A stretch of 14,000 nt of DNA from Nitrospirota bacterium (GTDB lineage: Bacteria > Nitrospirota > Thermodesulfovibrionia > Thermodesulfovibrionales > Dissulfurispiraceae), in assembly GCA_040758355.1 (NCBI GenBank), contig JBFLWF010000045.1:1-14000 (forward strand), read 5' to 3'. Shown here piece after piece: positions 1 to 9,284 of the stretch. Positions within the stretch are counted from its first letter, which is position 1. Every line of letters starts with the position of its first letter. The position numbers and the translations under genes are program-made. The notes beneath the pieces were generated by a model, which was not told where the DNA came from, did no database searches, and was given only the letters and a program-made list of their open reading frames with translations.

Positions 1-125
1 TTACAACCGACAGAGGAGACAGGCAAAGCTGGGGTATCTATCCCCTGTTGCTTATGAGAAAAAGTTTTATCAAACGAGGATTGCAGCATGAGTGAATTGG
101 TATCCACTATTGACATCCGACCTCA
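1..125 (+). mobile_element. Right end of an IS3-family insertion sequence (3' end of transposase plus right terminal inverted repeat)
   Basis: Frame 2..91 reads YNRQRRQAKLGYLSPVAYEKKFYQTRIAA*, matching the IS3-family OrfB C-terminal pattern YNxxRxHxxLGYxSP. It is followed by GGTATCCACTATTGACATCCGACCTCA (99-125), which ends in the CA typical of IS3 ends and carries an outward TTGACA (110-115). Confidence 0.85.
2..91 (+). CDS. IS3-family transposase, C-terminal fragment (5' part outside the window)
   Basis: Manual translation YNRQRRQAKLGYLSPVAYEKKFYQTRIAA, stop TGA at 89-91. Confidence 0.85.
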   Translation, partial: YNRQRRQAKLGYLSPVAYEKKFYQTRIAA

Positions 126-623
126 ATCTATACAAGTTTGAAGAAATGAGTAGCCAATTGCAGCCACAATTCCTATTGTAGCTATTCTTGGCAAACCCCA
201 TCTTCTCCTGTCTTCGTTAATTTTAAGCAAAACATATTTTTTAAGAGCTTCCATTTTATCGCTATCATATCCTTTTGAAATAAGTTTCTTATATAGGATA
301 TCATCCCTTAATTGGGTAAATTTATTGAATGCTTCTTTCATATTTTTACAGTCTATTCCATAGTCTTGTATATATGATCTTTTGCATTTAAGGCAATAAA
401 ACAGTGTAGCAATAAGTAGTATTATAAATACAGGGAATACAAGAATTTTATAAACAGAGCCTACGACGGCTAAAAGAGTAAGAATGAATAATATTACTGA
501 CTGCACTTTCTTCTTTCTATTAAGTTGCCTGAAAATATTTCCATTAATTTTGCCATAATCCTGAAAATTATTTATAACTTCCTCAAAATCTTCGATTATA
601 TTTTGGGTTGACTCTTTTGCCAT
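123..623 (-). pseudogene. AT-rich hypothetical membrane protein, probably 3'-truncated by the IS3 insertion
   Basis: 166-aa ORF with two hydrophobic helices and an AAGGAAGG RBS upstream. Its stop codon (TGA = reverse complement of TCA at 123-125) is the terminal trinucleotide of the IS, just after the start of a further hydrophobic segment. Confidence 0.6.
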
Positions 624-682
624 CTACCTTCCTTATATAATACTGTTCAAACTATTTTTGTTCTCGCTCAGAAACTGTCCCA

Positions 683-994
683 TTACCTTTTAGCAGAACA
701 AGCACTTCCTTTGCCCGGCGGATATTGCTTTTTCCATAGGTCTTCATCTTGCATTGTGGCAATTTCTTCTTCTATTTCCTTTTGGTGGTCATAATAGTAG
801 GAAAGGGCATCGTGTATCTGGGACGGGGTGAGATGAGGATACATATTTAGGATTTCGTGTATCTCTTTACCTGTCTTATACCAGAAAATAATCGTGCTCA
901 CAGGAATACGGGTTCTGGCGATAACAGGTCTTCCACCCTGAACACCTTTCTTTTTTGTAATGTACGGGTGTTTAATTTCTTTTACAGTCGGCAT
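683..994 (-). CDS. DUF433-domain protein (putative antitoxin)
   Basis: Motifs HPYITKKKGVQGGRPVIARTRIPV and YPHLTPSQIHDALSYY are typical of DUF433; AGGAGG RBS upstream. Confidence 0.85.
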   Translation of the reverse strand: MPTVKEIKHPYITKKKGVQGGRPVIARTRIPVSTIIFWYKTGKEIHEILNMYPHLTPSQIHDALSYYYDHQKEIEEEIATMQDEDLWKKQYPPGKGSACSAKR

Positions 995-1110
995 CTATAA
1001 TTCCTCCTAAAATCTCTTCTTACTTTAGATTATAACAAAAAGGAAACTTTCATAACGATAAAATAAATCTGCCATTTTAGGCCGTTCCTTCCAACCAAGT
1101 TTTATGTATG

Positions 1111-1707
1111 TTACTCTTCCAATACCATTTTAAGTCGTTTCTTAGGGTTATCAAAATAAACTTCTCTTATATCAAAGTGTTCTGGGTCAAATTCTCCACC
1201 AATCCATTCTAACATCTCCTCATATCTTTCATGTCGGGGGTCCATTAAGATTTTCAAGAAATTTTCATATCCCGAAGTTCCTCCGCAATCCTCGGGCGGG
1301 CATGCTCTCTTGCCATCAATACACAGGGGGTATTTGACACCCTTTTCTCGCGGAAGTATCTTTTCTAATTTTATCTCATGTCTCCAGTTATCGCCAAAAT
1401 CATATGTGTATTCTGCCGAGGGGTTTTCTATTGAAAAGTAATCAGCGATCTTTTGCTTCCATCCCGGAAGAACATCTCTGCCGAATTCCTCATCTGGAAA
1501 GCCTATCATTACTTTTCTACCGCTTGATGGCTTAATTACTTCAAACTCATGCAAATGATAATCCTGCCATCCCATTACATCCTGTATTGCAACATGTAAA
1601 TCCCAGAATGTATAGGCTTCTGGAACCTGTATCTTTCGCCAGATGGATGGCTTAATGCCTTTTAAGGTAACCTTGAATTGATAAATCTGTTTAAATCCTT
1701 TCTTCAT
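1111..1707 (-). CDS. Plasmid pRiA4b ORF-3 family protein
   Basis: Motifs IYQFKVTL..IWRKIQVP, LHVAIQDVMGWQDYHLHEF, YTYDFGDNWRHEI and GKRACPPEDCGG. Confidence 0.9.
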   Translation of the reverse strand: MKKGFKQIYQFKVTLKGIKPSIWRKIQVPEAYTFWDLHVAIQDVMGWQDYHLHEFEVIKPSSGRKVMIGFPDEEFGRDVLPGWKQKIADYFSIENPSAEYTYDFGDNWRHEIKLEKILPREKGVKYPLCIDGKRACPPEDCGGTSGYENFLKILMDPRHERYEEMLEWIGGEFDPEHFDIREVYFDNPKKRLKMVLEE

Positions 1708-1885
1708 TATGAACTCCCTTAAGTTTTCTCAAGAGGTGCTTTCTATGTTTCTCTCCAAGGTCATGGAGACCTGTTGAAACACTCCCGATAAGGTTTTTAA
1801 CCCTTTCATAGGGTTTGCCACTTAGAACTATCTTCTTCTTAATACTTTTCTTATCCATTTTTGCCATTTTATCAAACCTTGCCAT
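1691..1885 (-). CDS. Small basic hypothetical protein, possible antitoxin remnant
   Basis: 64-aa ORF. The segment NLIGSVSTGLHDLGEKHRKHL resembles C-termini of CopG/VapB-like antitoxins (recognition by eye only). It overlaps the next gene by 17 nt. Confidence 0.4.
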   Translation of the reverse strand: MARFDKMAKMDKKSIKKKIVLSGKPYERVKNLIGSVSTGLHDLGEKHRKHLLRKLKGVHNEERI

Positions 1886-1887
1886 AT

Positions 1888-1920
1888 AAAATAAAAAGCC
1901 CCGATCTTTGTCGGAGCTTT
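1888..1920 (-). terminator. Rho-independent terminator of the heptad-repeat gene
   Basis: The minus strand reads AAAGCTCCGA-CAAAGA-TCGGGGCTTT-TTATTTT (stem-loop plus T tract), 15 nt after the stop at 1935. Confidence 0.7.
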
Positions 1921-1934
1921 ATGAATAAATTTTT

Positions 1935-2348
1935 TTATTTCTTCTGCATTCTCTCGCCTTTACGTTCCATCCTTTCTCCCTGCTTCTGCATGCGCTCGCC
2001 TTTTTTCTCCATCGTCTCTCCCTGTTTCTGCATCACCTCGCCTTTACGCTCCATTTTCTCTCCTGTCTTTTCCATTTTTTCGGCGGCCTTTTCCTGCCCT
2101 GCCTCTCTCATCTTCTCAGCCCTTTCCTGCAACATTTCGCCTTTCTGTTCCAGCATCTCGCCTCTCTTTCCCCTTCGCTCACCCTTCTTCTCCACAATCT
2201 CGCCGCGGTGTTCCCTTACTTCGCCTTTCTTTTCAAGGCGCTTTCCTGCCTTTTGTTTTGGCGTTGGTTTTTCTTCTGCTGTGCCTTGCGGAGCCTGCAC
2301 AAACACTATTCCTACGACCAACAACAATACATAAACCAGTTTCTTCAT
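1935..2348 (-). CDS. Putative secreted, highly charged heptad-repeat (coiled-coil-like) protein
   Basis: N-terminal signal-peptide-like segment MKKLVYVLLLVVGIVFVQA, then more than ten 7-aa units such as GEKMERK/GERMQKQ. GGAGG RBS upstream and a terminator downstream. Confidence 0.75.
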   Translation of the reverse strand: MKKLVYVLLLVVGIVFVQAPQGTAEEKPTPKQKAGKRLEKKGEVREHRGEIVEKKGERRGKRGEMLEQKGEMLQERAEKMREAGQEKAAEKMEKTGEKMERKGEVMQKQGETMEKKGERMQKQGERMERKGERMQKK

Positions 2349-2438
2349 TTTGCTTGCCTCCGAAAGTTTATTTTTGTTTTTAGTATATCACTTATAGGTT
2401 GTTTGTCAATTTTCAGGGCAAAATTTATGAAACAATTT

Positions 2439-2454
2439 TGTAATAAATGAAACA
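2439..2454 (+). promoter_or_regulatory. NifA-type upstream activator site TGT-N10-ACA
   Basis: TGT-AATAAATGAA-ACA, about 75 nt upstream of the -24/-12 element. Confidence 0.6.
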
Positions 2455-2477
2455 TAAATGTATTCATTAAAGGATAA

Positions 2478-3428
<951 letters not shown>

Positions 3429-3437
3429 GGAGGATAA

Positions 3438-4865
3438 ATGAGCACAGCAATTAAAGAGACTCAAAAATTGATTGAGGAAGTCATGGACGCATATCCAGAG
3501 AAGGCTAAGAAGGACAGGGCAAAGCATCTCGCTGCGAATGATCCGACAGGGCAGTGCAGCACCTGCCAGGTCAAATCCAATATAAAATCGAGGCCTGGCG
3601 TCATGACTGTCAGGGGATGCGCATACGCAGGGGCAAAAGGCGTTGTATGGGGTCCGGTAAAAGACCAGATTACCATAAGCCACGGTCCCATCGGATGCGG
3701 CCAGTATAGCTGGTGGGCGAGGAGGAATTATTACAACGGCCAGACAGGTATCGATACATTCGGCACAATGCATATTACAACAGACTTTCAGGAAAAGGAC
3801 ATCGTTTACGGAGGGGACAAAAATCTCCATGCAGCATTGCACGAATTGAAGGAACTATTCCCGCTGGCAAAGAGCATGGGCATACTCTCGGAATGTCCGG
3901 TTGGCCTTATAGGAGACGACATCGAGGCTGTATCTAAAAAGGCAGCAAAAGAACTTGGCATTCCGATCGTTCCTGTGCGCTGCGAAGGGTTCAGGGGCGT
4001 GAGCCAGTCCCTCGGCCATCACATTGCCAACGACACCATAAGGGATTATATCCTCGGCAAGGGACAGCTTGATAAATCCACTCCTTATGATGTCGCCCTT
4101 ATCGGTGATTACAACATAGGGGGCGATGCATGGGCATCGAGAAAGATGCTCGAAGAGGTGGGACTGAGGGTCATTGCACAGTGGACAGGTGATGCATCGA
4201 TAAACGAGATGGGTATTGCGAACAAGGCAAAGGTGAACCTCATCCACTGCTACCGCTCCATGAACTATATATGCAGGCATATGGAAGAGGAATACGGCAT
4301 TCCGTGGGTTGAGTTCAATTTCTTCGGGCCTACAAAGATATACCAGAGCCTGAGGAAGATAACATCTTACTTTGACGACAGGATTAAAGAGAATGCCGAG
4401 AAGATGATAGAAAAGTACAAGCCCGTTATGGACAAGATAATCGAGACATATCGGCCAAGGCTCGAAGGCAAGAAGGTGATGCTCTATGTCGGCGGACTCA
4501 GGCCGAGACATACTATCGGCGCATATGAAGACCTCGGTATGGAGGTTGTGGCATCAGGATATGAGTTCGGGCATAACGATGATTACAAGAGGACATACCC
4601 TGAGATGAAGGAAGGATCTGTAATTATGGATGACGCCACACTCTACGAACTTGAGGAGTTCACAAGAAGGCTCAGGCCGGACATGGTCGGCTCAGGCATA
4701 AAGGAGAAATATTCATACCATAAAATGGGAGTGCCTTTCAGGCAGATGCATTCATGGGATTACTCAGGGCCTTATCACGGCTTTGACGGATTCCCTGTTT
4801 TCGCCCGCGACATGGATATGACGGTAAACAGCCCCACATGGGATTTGATACGGAGGAAGAGATGA
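3438..4865 (+). CDS. nifD: Nitrogenase MoFe protein alpha chain
   Basis: P-cluster cysteines in RGCAYAG, GCGQYS and [18 protein letters not shown]; FeMo-co ligands in HCYRSMNY and QMHSWDY. Confidence 0.98.
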   Translation: MSTAIKETQKLIEEVMDAYPEKAKKDRAKHLAANDPTGQCSTCQVKSNIKSRPGVMTVRGCAYAGAKGVVWGPVKDQITISHGPIGCGQYSWWARRNYYNGQTGIDTFGTMHITTDFQEKDIVYGGDKNLHAALHELKELFPLAKSMGILSECPVGLIGDDIEAVSKKAAKELGIPIVPVRCEGFRGVSQSLGHHIANDTIRDYILGKGQLDKSTPYDVALIGDYNIGGDAWASRKMLEEVGLRVIAQWTGDASINEMGIANKAKVNLIHCYRSMNYICRHMEEEYGIPWVEFNFFGPTKIYQSLRKITSYFDDRIKENAEKMIEKYKPVMDKIIETYRPRLEGKKVMLYVGGLRPRHTIGAYEDLGMEVVASGYEFGHNDDYKRTYPEMKEGSVIMDDATLYELEEFTRRLRPDMVGSGIKEKYSYHKMGVPFRQMHSWDYSGPYHGFDGFPVFARDMDMTVNSPTWDLIRRKR

Positions 4866-6388
4866 TAAGGTTAAAAATAAAAGACCATAACGAACTTTTT
4901 CAGGAGCAGGACTATCTTGAGCAGTTCGAAAGAAAAAAGGAGTTTGAGAACTGCCCTTCCGAAGAGGAGGTTCGGAGAATAGCCGAATGGACAAAGACAG
5001 AGGAGTATAAAGAAAAGAACTTTGCCCGTCAGCATATAAAGATCAACCCTGCAAAGGCGTGCCAGCCTTTAGGCGCTATCTTCTGCGCATCGGGATTTGA
5101 AGGCACAATGCCCTTTGTTCAGGGTGCGCAGGGCTGCGTGGCCTATTTCAGGAGCCATCTGAACAGGCATTTCAAGGAGCCTTTTGCAGCCATATCCACA
5201 TCCATGACAGAAGACGCTGCAGTCTTTGGCGGGTTGAACAACATGCTCGAAGGACTGGAGAACGCCTATACCCTTTACCATCCAAAGATGCTTGCAGTCT
5301 CCACGACCTGTATGGCTGAAGTCATCGGCGATGACCTGAACGCATTCATAAAACAGGCGAAAGACAAGGGTATTATCCCTAATGATATGTTAGTGCCCTT
5401 TGCCCATACGCCGAGCTTTGTGGGCTCTTACATTACAGGCTATGACAACATGCTGAAGGGGATACTCTCGACTATCACTGCGGGCAAGAAGAGCGAGGCT
5501 CACCATAAGATTGGTGAAAAAATAAACATCATTCCGGGCTTCGATACATATACCGGCGACTACCGGGAGATAAAAAGGCTTTTAGATATTATGGGTGTCA
5601 AGCATACCATATTGGCGGATGTCAGCAACATATTTGATTCTCCGAATACAGGAGAGTACAAGCTTTATCCCGGCGGCACACCTCTTGTGGATGCGGCTGA
5701 TTCGATAAACGCCACTGCGACCATTGCGCTCCAGAAGTATTCGACTCTGAAGACTATGGATTACATCAAAAAAGAGTGGAATCAGCAGACCCTTGCGCTT
5801 CCGCCTATCGGGGTAAAGAACACCGATCTGTTTTTTGAGGAAGCAAGCAGAATCACCGGAAAACCTATACCAAAGGAGATTGAGGATGAGAGAGGCCGCG
5901 CAGTGGATGCAATGATAGACTCCCACCCCTATGTGCACGGAAAGAGATTTGCTTTGGTCGGAGATCCGGACTTGCTTCTTGGAATGATAAGTTTCTTAAT
6001 GGAGATGGGAGGAGTGCCGGCGCATATCGTATGCACTATGGGCGACAAGAAGTTTGAAGAGGATGCATACAATCTCCTGAGCGAAAGTCTATTCGGAGCC
6101 GAGGGAAAGGTTTATATCGGCAAAGACATGTGGCATTTGAGGTCGCTTATGTTCACCGAGCCTGTTGATTTTCTCATAGGAAATTCATATGCGAAATTCT
6201 TATGGCGTGATACAGGCACGCCGCTTATCAGAATCGGCTTCCCGCTCTTTGACAGGCATCACCTCCACAGGTATCCGATTATCGGCTATCAGGGAGTGAT
6301 AAACCTCGTGAACTGGGTAGTAAATACCGTGCTTGATGAGATGGACAGAAAGACGATCAATACAACAAGCTTTGATGTAATAAGGTAA
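4862..6388 (+). CDS. nifK: Nitrogenase MoFe protein beta chain (508 aa)
   Basis: [34 protein letters not shown] and [12 protein letters not shown]. The start is ATG 4862 (ATGA overlap with the nifD stop, GGAGG upstream). Confidence 0.97.
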   Translation: MIRLKIKDHNELFQEQDYLEQFERKKEFENCPSEEEVRRIAEWTKTEEYKEKNFARQHIKINPAKACQPLGAIFCASGFEGTMPFVQGAQGCVAYFRSHLNRHFKEPFAAISTSMTEDAAVFGGLNNMLEGLENAYTLYHPKMLAVSTTCMAEVIGDDLNAFIKQAKDKGIIPNDMLVPFAHTPSFVGSYITGYDNMLKGILSTITAGKKSEAHHKIGEKINIIPGFDTYTGDYREIKRLLDIMGVKHTILADVSNIFDSPNTGEYKLYPGGTPLVDAADSINATATIALQKYSTLKTMDYIKKEWNQQTLALPPIGVKNTDLFFEEASRITGKPIPKEIEDERGRAVDAMIDSHPYVHGKRFALVGDPDLLLGMISFLMEMGGVPAHIVCTMGDKKFEEDAYNLLSESLFGAEGKVYIGKDMWHLRSLMFTEPVDFLIGNSYAKFLWRDTGTPLIRIGFPLFDRHHLHRYPIIGYQGVINLVNWVVNTVLDEMDRKTINTTSFDVIR

Positions 6389-6403
6389 GAGAGGATCATA
6401 ACA

Positions 6404-9064
6404 ATGCTGAGCGGCATAGATAAATTAATGCAGAGCGGCTGTGAACGGGAGAAGAAGGAGAAAATCTGCCGTTCTCGCGGCGGAGAGTCATGCGCCTTTG
6501 ACGGCGCCATGATAGTGCTCCAGCCAATAGCCGATGCTGCACATATTGTCCATGGTCCTATTGCATGCTGCGGAAATTCATGGGAAGGCAGAGGCACATT
6601 ATCTTCGAAAGGCGACCTCCACAGAATGGGTTTTACAACAGATATGAGCGAGATGGATATTGTGTATGGCTCTGAAGAGAAGCTCTATAATGCAATTATT
6701 CAAACATATAAATCTGTAGAACCTAATGCCATATTTGTCCATGCCACATGCGTAAGCGGACTCATTGGCGAAGACATTGAAGCCGTATGCAGAAAGGCTG
6801 AAGAGTTTTTGAATTCTAAGGTGGATTCCGCAAGGGGGATGAAATCCCCCTTGCAAGTCATTCCTGTCAATGCTCCGGGATTTGTTGGCCCCAAGAACCT
6901 CGGCAACAGGATAGCAGGAGAGGTATTGCTCGATTATGTAATAGGTACAGGCGAGCTGCCTGAAGGGGACAGTCCCGATTCGGAGCCTGTCCCGCACAAC
7001 GATGCGGGAGCTTCGCTTCACTTCGCCCGTAAATCCGGGACAGTCCCCTTAATCAACCTCATCGGCGAATACAACATAGCAGGCGACCTATGGCTTGTAG
7101 AGCCTATTTTAAAGGAAGCAGGGATAAGAGTTCTTTCGAGGATTACAGGCGATTCAACTTTTGAAGAGATAACCTATGCTCACAGGGCAAAATTAAATGT
7201 AGTTGTATGCAGCCGTGCTTTGATAAATGTTGCAAAAGAGATGGAAAGGAGATACGGAATTCCATATATAGAGGTCTCATTTTTTGGGGAGACGGAGATG
7301 TCAAAGGCGATGAGGCTAATCGCCTCAAATTTCAAATCTCAAATTTCAAATCTCAAATTGGCAGATAAAATTGAATCCATTATTGATAGAGAAGAAGAAA
7401 GGCTTGCTGAAAGGCTCAAGGAATACCAACATCTAAAAGGCAAAAAGGCTGTGCTCTATACAGGCGGTGTGAAGAGTTGGTCGTTTATTTCTGCACTCAT
7501 GGATTTAGGTATAGAGATTGTAGCCATCGGAACGAAAAAGAGCACCTTTGAGGATGAGGAAAAGATGAAGGGAATCCTCGGTGAGGATGCACTCCTTGTC
7601 GAGGATGTTACTCCCAAAAATCTTCTCAGACTTATGAGGGAAAGGAATGCAGATATCCTTGTTGCCGGTGGAAGGAACCAGTATCTTGCCGTAAAAGAGG
7701 GGTATCCATTTGTGGATGTCAATCAGGAACGGCATACCGCATATGCAGGATACGAGGGACTGATAAATTTGGCTGAGCAGATAAGCAACAGCATGAGATT
7801 TTATAGCAGTCAGCAGTCAGCAATCAGCAATCAGCAAAAGAAAAAAGCTGAAGGCTGTAAGCTGAAAGCTGAGAGCTGTCTTATTAATCCTTTGAAGCAT
7901 TCCCAGTCTATAGGCGCTGCGATTGCGTTTCAGGGAATAGACAGGGCATTGCCCATTATTCACGGAGCGCAGGGCTGCACTTTTTTGGGAAAGGTGCTTT
8001 TGACAAAACATTTCAGGGAGCCTATCGCTTTGGCAAGCACAAAACTATTCACCGAAAATGTGGTGATGGGAAGCGAAGAGAATATCGCCAATACTGCAAA
8101 TGGGTTTATAGAGAAGAACAGACCGGATGTGATTGGTATTCTCACATCAGGACTCTCTGAAGTGAAAGGAGATGATGTTTCTGGCATCGTAAAGCAGCTT
8201 CAGGCCGAACACCATCAGTGCAATATTCTTAATGTTTCTACTCCTGATTATGAGGGCGGGCTTGAAGCAGGATATGTAAAGGCAGTGGAAGCACTACTAC
8301 AGTTCACAGTTCACAGTTCACGGTTTACAGAGGGACAGATTAATGTTCTTGTCGGGTCTCATCTTACGCCTGCGGATTTTACAGAATTAAGGGAAATAAT
8401 CGAATCGTTCGGTTTAAAGCCCATAATGCTTCCCGATCTTTCTGCGCTGGACGGCAGCAGGCAGGGGTTTTCTGCCTTAGCAACAGGCGGTACAAAAATA
8501 GATGAAATAAGGAATATGGGGGCATCTGCATTCACTATTGCCATAGGCACATGCATGGAGCCTGCTGCAATGATTTTAAAAGAAAGGTTCGGCATCGAAT
8601 ACAGGGTATTTGAAAGCATATCAGGGCTTAAGGATGCAGATATGTTTATGGAGGCGCTTTCCATGTTGAGCGGGAAACAGGCGCCGGCTAAATACGAGAG
8701 GCAGAGAAGGATTCTCATTGATGGAATGAGAGATGCGCATTTTTATTACGGCAATAAAAAAATCTGCGTTGCCCTTGAGCCGGATCTTTCGATGCAGACA
8801 GCGCATTGGCTTGAAGAGATGGGGGCAGAGGTTTTTGAAGTCGATACAACTGGAAGCGATCTATTTTCAGTCGAGGGAGATTTTAATCTTCTCATCTCGA
8901 ACTCCCATGCAGAAGATACGGCAAAAAGGCTCGGAGTGCCGCTATATCAGATGGGGTTTCCTGTGTATAAGATTTTAGGGCACACGAACAGGGTTACCAT
9001 AGGATATAGAGGGACTCTCGGACTTATTAACGATATCGCGAATTTAATGATGAGGGCGCACTAA
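6404..9064 (+). CDS. nifEN: Fused NifE-NifN FeMo-cofactor scaffold (886 aa)
   Basis: NifE motifs CAFDGAMIVL, HGPIAC, NLIGEYNIAG, YTGGVKSWS and DVNQER, followed in the same frame by NifN motifs NPLKHSQ and HGAQGCT...HFREPI. Confidence 0.95.
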   Translation: MLSGIDKLMQSGCEREKKEKICRSRGGESCAFDGAMIVLQPIADAAHIVHGPIACCGNSWEGRGTLSSKGDLHRMGFTTDMSEMDIVYGSEEKLYNAIIQTYKSVEPNAIFVHATCVSGLIGEDIEAVCRKAEEFLNSKVDSARGMKSPLQVIPVNAPGFVGPKNLGNRIAGEVLLDYVIGTGELPEGDSPDSEPVPHNDAGASLHFARKSGTVPLINLIGEYNIAGDLWLVEPILKEAGIRVLSRITGDSTFEEITYAHRAKLNVVVCSRALINVAKEMERRYGIPYIEVSFFGETEMSKAMRLIASNFKSQISNLKLADKIESIIDREEERLAERLKEYQHLKGKKAVLYTGGVKSWSFISALMDLGIEIVAIGTKKSTFEDEEKMKGILGEDALLVEDVTPKNLLRLMRERNADILVAGGRNQYLAVKEGYPFVDVNQERHTAYAGYEGLINLAEQISNSMRFYSSQQSAISNQQKKKAEGCKLKAESCLINPLKHSQSIGAAIAFQGIDRALPIIHGAQGCTFLGKVLLTKHFREPIALASTKLFTENVVMGSEENIANTANGFIEKNRPDVIGILTSGLSEVKGDDVSGIVKQLQAEHHQCNILNVSTPDYEGGLEAGYVKAVEALLQFTVHSSRFTEGQINVLVGSHLTPADFTELREIIESFGLKPIMLPDLSALDGSRQGFSALATGGTKIDEIRNMGASAFTIAIGTCMEPAAMILKERFGIEYRVFESISGLKDADMFMEALSMLSGKQAPAKYERQRRILIDGMRDAHFYYGNKKICVALEPDLSMQTAHWLEEMGAEVFEVDTTGSDLFSVEGDFNLLISNSHAEDTAKRLGVPLYQMGFPVYKILGHTNRVTIGYRGTLGLINDIANLMMRAH
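6830..6854. repeat. Perfect 11-bp palindrome inside nifEN
   Basis: GCAAGGGGGAT-GAA-ATCCCCCTTGC. Confidence 0.9.
6963..7050. repeat. 88-nt REP/MITE-like palindromic element, in frame in nifEN
   Basis: Ends AAGGGGACAGTCCCGATT and AATCCGGGACAGTCCCCTT form an imperfect inverted repeat; internal hairpin TCCCGCA-CAACGA-TGCGGGA at 6990-7009. Confidence 0.85.
7324..7358. repeat. Heptamer tandem repeat (YTCAAAT)x5 inside nifEN
   Basis: CTCAAAT TTCAAAT CTCAAAT TTCAAAT CTCAAAT. Confidence 0.9.
7804..7878. repeat. Inverted heptamer array (YAGCNNN x5 / GCTGNNN x5) at the NifE-NifN junction
   Basis: TAGCAGT CAGCAGT CAGCAAT CAGCAAT CAGCAAA, an A-rich spacer, then GCTGAAG GCTGTAA GCTGAAA GCTGAGA GCTG. Confidence 0.9.
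8300..8327. repeat. Heptamer tandem repeat (CAGTTCA)x3 plus one degenerate copy inside nifEN
   Basis: CAGTTCA CAGTTCA CAGTTCA CGGTTTA. Confidence 0.85.
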
Positions 9065-9133
9065 TATGTTGATGTTGTTATTGGCAAGACATAATATTTT
9101 CGCTCATTCTATACCGGCAATTATTGTGACTAA

Positions 9134-9268
9134 TGAAGGAAGGGCATGGTATTGAAGCGACTTGGACAGCCCAGGCGGATCACGGACAGAGGAGCGGGCT
9201 GTCCCTGCTTCGGAGGAAGGCTTGGATGCCTTCCGAGAATGAAGCGGAAATATCATGTCCTTCCTTCA
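9134..9268 (+). other. Multi-stem structured element between nifEN and nifX (candidate structured RNA or MITE-like repeat)
   Basis: A 20-bp outer stem 9134-9153/9249-9268 with two G-U pairs encloses stems GGACAGCCC/GGGCTGTCC (9164-9172/9196-9204) and GGAAGGC/GCCTTCC (9215-9221/9228-9234). Confidence 0.75.
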
Positions 9269-9284
9269 GATAGGAGGTGCGTTT

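Noticed and set aside
1861..2334. 157-aa + strand ORF with SP-F/C repeats
   Set aside because: It is the antisense shadow of the heptad-repeat gene, which has the RBS, signal peptide and terminator.
3438..6388. Alternative (V or Fe-only) nitrogenase
   Set aside because: There is no vnfG/anfG between D and K, and the motifs plus the nifEN, nifX and MOT1 context fit the Mo enzyme.
9255..9284. Longer starts for nifX (9255), nifI1 (9779) and nifK (4838) in the ORF track
   Set aside because: The downstream ATGs have strong RBS motifs and family-typical N-termini.
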